From the NCBI GenBank assembly GCA_963664405.1, contig OY761158.1, positions 2,208,001 to 2,272,000 on the forward strand: a DNA stretch of 64,000 nt, in the 5' to 3' direction. Shown one piece after another: positions 57,344 to 64,000 of the stretch. A model generated the notes under the pieces. That model was not told the origin of the DNA. It did not search any database and saw only the letters and a program-made list of their open reading frames with translations. This DNA is from Thermoanaerobaculia bacterium. Its GTDB lineage: Bacteria > Acidobacteriota > Thermoanaerobaculia > Multivoradales > Multivoraceae. The translations under genes and the position numbers were made by a program. The stretch's first letter is position 1. Each line of letters starts with the position of its first letter.

Positions 57344-57898
57344 AAATGCTCGAGGTGGCCGACCTCGATCTCGAACAGCATCAGTGGTGCTTCAGCGAGG
57401 AATACACCTTCACACCCGAGCGCTTGATGGCAGGGCGGGATCTGGCCGGCTATTACTTCATGATCAAGGACGGAAAGATCAGCGGAGGCGCGGGAGTCCC
57501 GCAGGAGTGTCTCGATCTACCCGGGTTTCACGTCAAGGTCGCGTGGGGTCTCATCGCTCACCCCTCGTCTTTACTTCTACGGGAGGGAAGGTTCACGACA
57601 GCGGGGGATCGGCGCCAAACAGTTGTCACAAGATCTAGCCGCGGCGGGCAAAGGCAGACCCGAGATCGAGCCGAACCCGAGAAAAACCAATCGGGACGGG
57701 CCTGCTTGGCCTCCCGGCATAGGTGAGTCGCTATCGGTAGAGGCCGAAAACGGCGGTGGCCTCCACAATTTCACCGCTCTTCACCTCGAGCCCTCGCCCG
57801 AGGTCAAAGATCTCCCACAAACCGAATGGGGCGTAGCGGTCCTCACCGAAATGACCGAGCAACAGAAAGAAGACTTCTACAAGCTCATCGGCCGGTAG
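57291..57898 (+). pseudogene. Frameshifted fragment of hypothetical protein
   Basis: Plausible coding text continues across ORFs 57115-57726 and 57623-57898 with a shift near 57570. Confidence 0.4.
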
Positions 57899-57909
57899 AC
57901 GTCGCTCTT

Positions 57910-59496
57910 CTATAGGGAGGGGTGGCGCAGATGCCACTCCGTCGCGCTCTCGAAGGCGTTCCCGACCCGGCACAGAAGGCTCTCCGCGAGGGGGTGAGCA
58001 ACCAGCTGCAGACTCAGCGGCAAGCCGTCAGGCGAGGCGCCGCAGGGCAGCGAGAGAGTGGGATAACCGTTGTAGTCGAAGGGCAAGGTGAAGCGAGAGC
58101 TGGCCTGGAACCACGACAGAGGCACGCCGGAGACCGTTCCGCCGTCCAGATCGAGACCCTCGTACGCCCCCTCTGGATCATAGGTGAAGGCCTCGCTCGC
58201 CGCCGAGGGGCAGGCGAGAACGTCGACCCCCGCCAGCGCTGTGCGCACCGCCCCCACCACCTCGAGCCGGTGCAGGTGGGCCCGTGCATATTGGGCGCCG
58301 CTGACTGTAGAACCGAGCTCGAGCCAGTTACGGAAGGCCTCGCCGTAGTCGTCGGCACGGGAAGGGTAGGTGGCCTCGTGGGCCACCAGGGCCTCGGCAG
58401 CGCAAAGGGTCTGCCAGGCATCGAGCTGCTCTCGTGTCAGCTCCGGCATGTCGACATCGACGATCTCCGCCCCCAGATCGCCGAGCCGGGCCACCGCCGC
58501 ACGTACGGCCACGGCGTAATGAGGCGCCAGATCCGTAGTCGCATACGCATCGTCGTAGCCGATGCGAACACCTTCGATCCCGCGCTCCAGCTCAGCGACG
58601 AGATCCGGCACCCGATCGGACAGACTGGTCGAGTCATTCTCGTCCCTTCCGGCGATCACCTCGAGAACGGCAGCCGCATCTGCCACCCGTCTCGTCATCG
58701 GGCCGACGTGGTCGAGGGAAGGCGCGAGATCGAGAACACCGAATCGGCTCACCCTTCCCCAGGTGGGCTTGAGCCCGACGAGGCCATTGGCCGCCGAGGG
58801 GTACCGAATCGAGCCGCCGGTGTCGGTGCCAAGAGATGCGAAGCACAGCCCCGCAGCGGTAGCGACCCCCGGTCCGCTCGATGAGACTCCCGGCCAGAGG
58901 TCTTCACCCCAAGGGTTGCGCGGCACCTGGAACGAGCGCTGGTACCCGGACATCGCCCCTTCGGTGGTGTTCAGCTTTCCGAGTAGCACGGCGCCGGCAC
59001 CTTCGAGACGGGCAACGACGGTCGCGTCATGATCGGGTACATGACCGCGAAGCACGGCAAGCCCTCCCATCGTGGCTACGCCCTTGGTGAAGCAGAGGTC
59101 CTTGACCGCAATCGGTACGCCGTGTAGCGGACCCCGTGAGCGTCCGGCCTCGATCTCGACCTCGGCGCGTCGAGCCGACGCCATAGCGTGGTCGGCCATG
59201 ACGGTGGCGTAGGCGTGAAGCCGGGGGTCGAGCTCCTCGATGCGGGCGAGAAGAGACTCGGTGAGAGCGACCGGCGACACCTCGCCGGCACGCAGCTTCG
59301 CGCCCACCTCGACCAGGCTGAGATAGTGTAGATCGCTCATTTTTTCCTCTCCCTGTTCGGTTTGCGCCTCAGCTCCCTCGCGAATAACTGGAAGCGCCAC
59401 TCCGAGACCTGCTGCTAGGAATGCCCTGCGCGAAGAGAGCCACCGAGATTCGCGGCTGTCAGACGCATCGACTCCCCTGCCGTTCTTGTCTGCCAT
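57910..59496 (-). CDS. Amidase (amidase-signature family) with possible Tat signal
   Basis: GVPIAVKD, GVSSSG, GTDTGGSIR; SRRAFL near N-terminus. Confidence 0.93.
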   Translation of the reverse strand: MADKNGRGVDASDSRESRWLSSRRAFLAAGLGVALPVIREGAEAQTEQGEEKMSDLHYLSLVEVGAKLRAGEVSPVALTESLLARIEELDPRLHAYATVMADHAMASARRAEVEIEAGRSRGPLHGVPIAVKDLCFTKGVATMGGLAVLRGHVPDHDATVVARLEGAGAVLLGKLNTTEGAMSGYQRSFQVPRNPWGEDLWPGVSSSGPGVATAAGLCFASLGTDTGGSIRYPSAANGLVGLKPTWGRVSRFGVLDLAPSLDHVGPMTRRVADAAAVLEVIAGRDENDSTSLSDRVPDLVAELERGIEGVRIGYDDAYATTDLAPHYAVAVRAAVARLGDLGAEIVDVDMPELTREQLDAWQTLCAAEALVAHEATYPSRADDYGEAFRNWLELGSTVSGAQYARAHLHRLEVVGAVRTALAGVDVLACPSAASEAFTYDPEGAYEGLDLDGGTVSGVPLSWFQASSRFTLPFDYNGYPTLSLPCGASPDGLPLSLQLVAHPLAESLLCRVGNAFESATEWHLRHPSL

Positions 59497-62144
59497 CACA
59501 TCCTCGGGATCGCGCCACACGTAGGCCTAGTAGACTCGATGGTATGCCACCTCGCCTCTACCTCCCTAGCGCGCTCCTTCAGGCGTGCCGTCAATCCGCC
59601 CTGAGCACCGTCCACAGCGTGGCATTGATTCTGCTCTTCGCCTTGGTGCTACCCACCGAGGGCCTCGGGCAGGAGCGCGCTGGCGGCGGTCCAGAGTCGG
59701 CGCCGGCACCCCAGCCAGCGTCGAGGCAGGGTCCAAGAACGCAGGAACAGATCTCAGCAGAGATCCGAGCCCTGCCCCCGCGCTATCTGCAATGGGTGCA
59801 GAGCGTCCTCGGGCTGATCACCCAGGCGGAGCTCGACTACTTCCTCGACCTCGTCGGCGACTACCGCCGCGATGCCTTCATGGAAGCCTTCTGGCAACCT
59901 CGCGACCCTGTTCCGGCGACGCGGGAGAACGAGCTGCGCGCCCGCTGGCAGGAAAGTGTGTCGTCATCGAACGTCCGCGTGCCCTTTACCGATGCTCGCG
60001 CCATGCTCTATCTGCTCAACGGGGCGCCACAGGGATACAGCCTGCCCGACGGGCGTCCCGCCACGCGCTGTTTCAGTCGCACCGACGAGCTCGAGATCTG
60101 GTTTTACAGCGGAAGCGAGCGCCTCCAGAGGGAGTTCATCATCATTCTGCTCAAACGCGGCGCCCAGACGCCCTACGAGGCCTACAACCTGGGCGAGACG
60201 CTCCGCCCTCGCAAGCGTTCGGGTGCCCTTCCGACCAAAGACATCCGACTGCTTTGCGCTGACGAATACTTGCGTTATGCCTTGTCAGAGATCTCGCGCC
60301 CGGGAAACTACGAAGAGCTTCTCGAAACCGTCCTCAAGCCGCCGCTGCCATCCTCGGAGTGGCTCGCCAACTTCTCGGCGTCGACCACCGACCTGCCCAA
60401 AGACGCGGTCACCTTCCCGATGGTCGCCAAGCTCACCTTCCCGGAGCGCAACCAGAGCCGCACAGCGGTCCAAGTACTGGTCGAGATAACTCTCGAGGCA
60501 GCGCCGGGGAGGCGATTCGATGGTGAGCTCTTTCACAATTTTCTGGTCACCGGGGAGGTGATTCGGGACGGTCGCCTGTTCGAAAGCTTCAACTATCAGT
60601 TCGAGGGGCCGACGGAAGAGAGCACCACCAAGATCCCGCTCGGCTTCACGCGCTACCTGCGCCCGGGTCCGGCGGACCTCCGGGTGCTCGTACACGACGT
60701 CTACGGCAAGAGCTACTCCCGCCTCGCTCACGACTTCGAAGTGCCGAGCCCGGAAGGTCGACCCGAAGTCCGCCACGCGCAGCTGCAAGCCGGCACCGCC
60801 GCGGAACAGGAGGGTCCCTCGCTGCGACTCCTCCCACCCCCCGGCGCCACCCACGTCGGCATGTTGCGATTTCAGACCCGCGCGAGGGGCGAGTTCGACA
60901 AGGTCGCCTTCTTCGTCGACGACAAGCAGGTGATCAGCAAGAGACGACCACCCTACAGCGTCGAGCTCAACCTCGGCCAGGACGCTGCACCGCACCGCGT
61001 TCGCGTGGTGGGATTTTCGGGAACAACCGAGATCGCCAGTGACCAGGTGTGGCTCAACCAAGGCTCACAGCGTCTGCGTGTGCGCTTCATCGAGCCCCGC
61101 CCGGGCGGCATCTATCCCGGCAGTCTGACCGCTCGTATTGCGGTCGACACGCCTGACGGCACCCCTCCCGAGCGAGTCGAGATCTTTCTCAACGATGTCT
61201 CGATCGGAGTTCTGGAAGAAGGCCCTTACGTTCAGACAGTGCGTCTCGCCGACGACAACATCGCGGTCGTGCGGGCCGTCGCGACTCTCGCCGACGGTGT
61301 CAGCGCCGAGGATGCGGTGGTGGTCAACGCCGCCGGCTCGGTCGAGTCGGTCGAAGTCCGGTTGGTCGAGATCTACGCTCTGGTGGTCGACGAGAACGGG
61401 CAGCTCGTGACCGGCCTGGCGCAGGAGCAATTCACCGTTCTCGAAGACGGCGTCGCCCAGAGCTTGCGCTCCTTCGAAGAGACACGGGACGCCCCTCTCC
61501 AGCTGGCTCTCCTTCTCGACCGTTCTGCTTCGATGCAGCCTCATCTGGAGACCGTGGGCGAAGCCGCCTTCTCGGTGGCGACCAACGTCCTACAGGGAGA
61601 CGAAGACCGCATCTCGCTGATGTCCTTCGCCGACGACCTCTCGGTCGATGTGGCTCTGGGCTCCGACCTAGCGTTGATCGAGCGAGCGATGGCAGGCATG
61701 GTTGCGCGCGGTGGCACCGCTCTTTACGACGGCATCGTGCAGGCACTCGGTAGCTTCGATGGAGTGACCGGCGCGAAAGCTCTTCTCCTCTTCTCCGACG
61801 GCAACGACGAGGGAAGCAGCCTGAGCTTCGAGCAGAGCATCGCCGCAGCGAGCCGAGCCGGTGTCACCATCCACACCATCGGCTTGGCGGAGACCTACCC
61901 CGAAAAATCGGAGCGTCGGGTGCTCGAAGATCTGGCGGCGGAGACCGGCGGCCAAGCGCACTTCATCACCACCGTCGACCAGCTCGGCGAGCTCTACGAG
62001 GAGATCCTCGCCGAGCTCCGCACCCGCTACCTCCTCACCTTCCAGTCCGCAAGCCAAAAGCCCCCCGATCAGCCAAGAGAGCTGAAAGTCGAGGTGGACG
62101 CAAGGCGAGTCGAGGTCAGAGCACGCAAGAGCTACCGTCCGTAG
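59421..62144 (+). CDS. GWxTD-like domain + Ig-like domains + VWA protein (start uncertain)
   Basis: FWQPRDPVPATRENE...PFTDARAMLYLLNGAP; LLDRSASM MIDAS, GTALYD, FSDGND. Confidence 0.85.
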   Translation: MPCAKRATEIRGCQTHRLPCRSCLPSHPRDRATRRPSRLDGMPPRLYLPSALLQACRQSALSTVHSVALILLFALVLPTEGLGQERAGGGPESAPAPQPASRQGPRTQEQISAEIRALPPRYLQWVQSVLGLITQAELDYFLDLVGDYRRDAFMEAFWQPRDPVPATRENELRARWQESVSSSNVRVPFTDARAMLYLLNGAPQGYSLPDGRPATRCFSRTDELEIWFYSGSERLQREFIIILLKRGAQTPYEAYNLGETLRPRKRSGALPTKDIRLLCADEYLRYALSEISRPGNYEELLETVLKPPLPSSEWLANFSASTTDLPKDAVTFPMVAKLTFPERNQSRTAVQVLVEITLEAAPGRRFDGELFHNFLVTGEVIRDGRLFESFNYQFEGPTEESTTKIPLGFTRYLRPGPADLRVLVHDVYGKSYSRLAHDFEVPSPEGRPEVRHAQLQAGTAAEQEGPSLRLLPPPGATHVGMLRFQTRARGEFDKVAFFVDDKQVISKRRPPYSVELNLGQDAAPHRVRVVGFSGTTEIASDQVWLNQGSQRLRVRFIEPRPGGIYPGSLTARIAVDTPDGTPPERVEIFLNDVSIGVLEEGPYVQTVRLADDNIAVVRAVATLADGVSAEDAVVVNAAGSVESVEVRLVEIYALVVDENGQLVTGLAQEQFTVLEDGVAQSLRSFEETRDAPLQLALLLDRSASMQPHLETVGEAAFSVATNVLQGDEDRISLMSFADDLSVDVALGSDLALIERAMAGMVARGGTALYDGIVQALGSFDGVTGAKALLLFSDGNDEGSSLSFEQSIAAASRAGVTIHTIGLAETYPEKSERRVLEDLAAETGGQAHFITTVDQLGELYEEILAELRTRYLLTFQSASQKPPDQPRELKVEVDARRVEVRARKSYRP

Positions 62145-62254
62145 CCTACGGAAGTGATTGCTATCACTTCCTCCGGCTACCACAACATGGCGCCGAGGAC
62201 GGCGCATCCGGACCCTCCGGCCGAAAGAGACGTCGTCGCTGGGGCCACCCCTAG
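62141..62254 (+). repeat. Repeat family C copy 5
   Basis: gTAGcctacggaagtgat...atcacttcctccggctac, ggcgccgaggacggcgca; TAG is the stop of the VWA gene. Confidence 0.8.
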
Positions 62255-62341
62255 GAGCGTGTCCGAGAATTCGGACAGGCGAGTAGTTCTTAGGGGGGGA
62301 TGGGCCGGAGAACGGGCCGTAGGCCCGTTTCCCGGGGCTAG
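62251..62341. repeat. Repeat family B, CTAG-bounded
   Basis: Matches 1171-1252; its left end ctaggagcgtgtccgag also occurs inverted at 6897-6913. Confidence 0.8.
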
Positions 62342-62952
62342 GGATCGTCGAGGTAGCGGAACTTGATGTTGCGGAAGGCGATTCGGCCCTGATTGTGCTG
62401 AAGGGCGATCATTCCCTTGCGGACGGGGTTCGGGTCGGTCCAGTTCACGAGCTCCTTGCCGTCGAGCGTGACCTCGAAATGCCCGCCGTGGGCGACCACG
62501 TGGAAGGAGCGCCATTCGGCACGCTCCTCCACTCCCTCCACCTTGACCCGCTGCACCAAGCTGCCGGTGGGAAAGGGGTTATCAGGTGGCGCGATGTTGA
62601 GCTCGTAAGTCTCGGTTTTGACATTGGCCGGAATTTTGGGAACGCGAAGGAAAACTCCGCTGTTGGTCCCCAAATCGGCAAGAAAGTCGAGCTTCAGCTC
62701 GAAGCTGTCGAACACCTCTTCGGTGATGAGAAAGCCCATCCCCCCCGAGTCGGAGACGATCGCGTCGTCTTCGATCTTCCACTCCGCGTCTCCGGCCACC
62801 GTCCAGCCATCGAGATCGCTGCCGTACCAGAGCATCAGCCACCCCTCTTCCCCATCTTCGAAGCTCAGCGAGTTCGGCCGCTGTGCGCCGGCCGCGGTGA
62901 CCGACAAGAAGACCACGAAAACCCAAAACAAAACCCTAACGCAGCTGCTCAT
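62338..62952 (-). CDS. DUF1080 / 3-keto-disaccharide hydrolase family secreted protein
   Basis: GWLMLWYGSDLDGW, NSGVFLR, YELNI, GMIALQH, FRNIK. Confidence 0.88.
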   Translation of the reverse strand: MSSCVRVLFWVFVVFLSVTAAGAQRPNSLSFEDGEEGWLMLWYGSDLDGWTVAGDAEWKIEDDAIVSDSGGMGFLITEEVFDSFELKLDFLADLGTNSGVFLRVPKIPANVKTETYELNIAPPDNPFPTGSLVQRVKVEGVEERAEWRSFHVVAHGGHFEVTLDGKELVNWTDPNPVRKGMIALQHNQGRIAFRNIKFRYLDDP

Positions 62953-63051
62953 GCCCGTCTCCCCTTCTGTCTCGAAGCTCATCGAGATTAGCATGCCGAG
63001 CCAGAGGGCGGCAGTCTCAGGGCCCCCATATACTCGGTACCAAGCTCGCCC

Positions 63052-64000
63052 ATGCCGAAACCTCGCCACCTCTTCCTTGCCGCCCATCTGGCTCTTTTGA
63101 CAGCGGTCTCTTCTACCGCGATCGCCGGAGAGGCTGTGCAGTACCGTGTCTCTTTCCCGAATCGAGCTCATCACGAGGCCGAAGTCGAGATCGCCTTCCA
63201 CGGCCTACCTCCGGGACCTCTGGAAGTTCGGATGAGTCGCTCTTCGCCTGGCCGCTACAGTCTCCACGACTTCGCGCGCAACGTATACGCCTTCACCGCC
63301 TCCGATGACGAGGGGGGAACGCTGAAGGTCAGCCGGCCCGACCCCTACGGATGGACGGTCTCCGGACCTCGCTCAGGCGACACCATCAGAGTGGGCTACA
63401 CCGTCTACGGCGACTTCATGTCGGGTACCTACTCCGCAATCGACGACAGCCATGCTCACCTCAACCCCCCTTCCGTCTTCGCATGGGCGCGCGGCCTCGG
63501 GGAGCGCCCGATCGAGCTGGTCATCGAAGCGCCTGGGAGTGAATGGAGAGTCGCAAGCCAGCTTCAGCCGACAGAGGACCCGCTGGTCTACCGAGCACCC
63601 CACCTTCAGTACTTTCTCGACAGTCCCCTCGAGATCGGTGATTTCGAGTGGGTCGAGTGGGTCGTCGGCGAGGGCGACGAAGAACAGACTCTAAGGATCG
63701 CGATCCATCATCAAGGCAGCCGCGACCAAGTCGCCGGCTACGCCGAGATGGCGAAGGCGGTCGTCACTCAAGCAACGGCGGTCTTCGGCGAGCTGCCGCG
63801 CTTCGACTACAAAACCTACACCTTCATCGCCGACTATCTTCCTTGGGCCAACGGAGACGCGATGGAGCATCGCAACTCGACAGTCCTGGTCAGCTCACGC
63901 TCGCTCCAGCGGAGCTCCATCGCACTCATCGAGACTCTCTCGCACGAGTTTCTCCACGTCTGGAACGTCGAGCGCATTCGCCCCGCGACCCTGGAGCCCT
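63052..64000 (+). CDS. M61-family metallopeptidase, 3' end outside window
   Basis: Not in ORF track. Manual translation MPKPRHLFLAAHLALL...SPGRYSLHDF...DSPLEIG...AMEHRNS...SHEFLHVWNVERIRP. Confidence 0.9.
   Translation, partial: MPKPRHLFLAAHLALLTAVSSTAIAGEAVQYRVSFPNRAHHEAEVEIAFHGLPPGPLEVRMSRSSPGRYSLHDFARNVYAFTASDDEGGTLKVSRPDPYGWTVSGPRSGDTIRVGYTVYGDFMSGTYSAIDDSHAHLNPPSVFAWARGLGERPIELVIEAPGSEWRVASQLQPTEDPLVYRAPHLQYFLDSPLEIGDFEWVEWVVGEGDEEQTLRIAIHHQGSRDQVAGYAEMAKAVVTQATAVFGELPRFDYKTYTFIADYLPWANGDAMEHRNSTVLVSSRSLQRSSIALIETLSHEFLHVWNVERIRPATLEP

Noticed and set aside
6782-62341. CRISPR array or integron attC interpretation of the hairpin repeats
   Set aside because: Dispersed, no regular spacers, no cas or integrase gene, no GTTRRRY/RYYYAAC ends; flanking genes are ordinary chromosomal genes
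1-64000. tRNA (including tRNA-Sec), rRNA or sel genes
   Set aside because: None recognised by eye; tRNAscan-SE or Infernal needed to exclude formally

Overview
GC-rich bacterial genomic window, most likely Acidobacteriota (inferred from VWA and GWxTD-VWA proteins, DUF5916/DUF3604 proteins and a Cys-bounded C-terminal module typical of Thermoanaerobaculia-like proteins). It carries about 45 metabolic and envelope genes: a split UxaA-type dehydratase, acyl-CoA synthetase, GH3 glucosidase, three tandem DUF5916 paralogues, psd, two LLM oxidoreductases, a four-subunit 2-oxoacid:ferredoxin oxidoreductase, two giant secreted paralogues next to a YVTN/di-heme protein, an amidase and an M61 peptidase. 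Highlights not visible in the ORF track: (1) two selenoprotein candidates split at in-frame TGA (deiodinase-like GSYT-U-PPF; UGSC fused to a NifU-like domain), both followed by hairpins with the same CA-GUU-UG apex; (2) a RAYT/TnpA-REP HUH transposase running off the left edge; (3) several small repeat families bounded by CTAG or TAG. One family begins exactly at the TAG stop codon of the upstream gene in all 5 copies and is the target of an IS110/IS1111 element, whose 3' non-coding region holds short matches to both halves of that target and to one half of its own donor junction (candidate bridge/seekRNA). Several single-base frameshifts and abrupt gene junctions may be assembly artefacts. 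No rRNA, tRNA or CRISPR array was recognised. All family assignments come from motif recognition by eye, not database searches.
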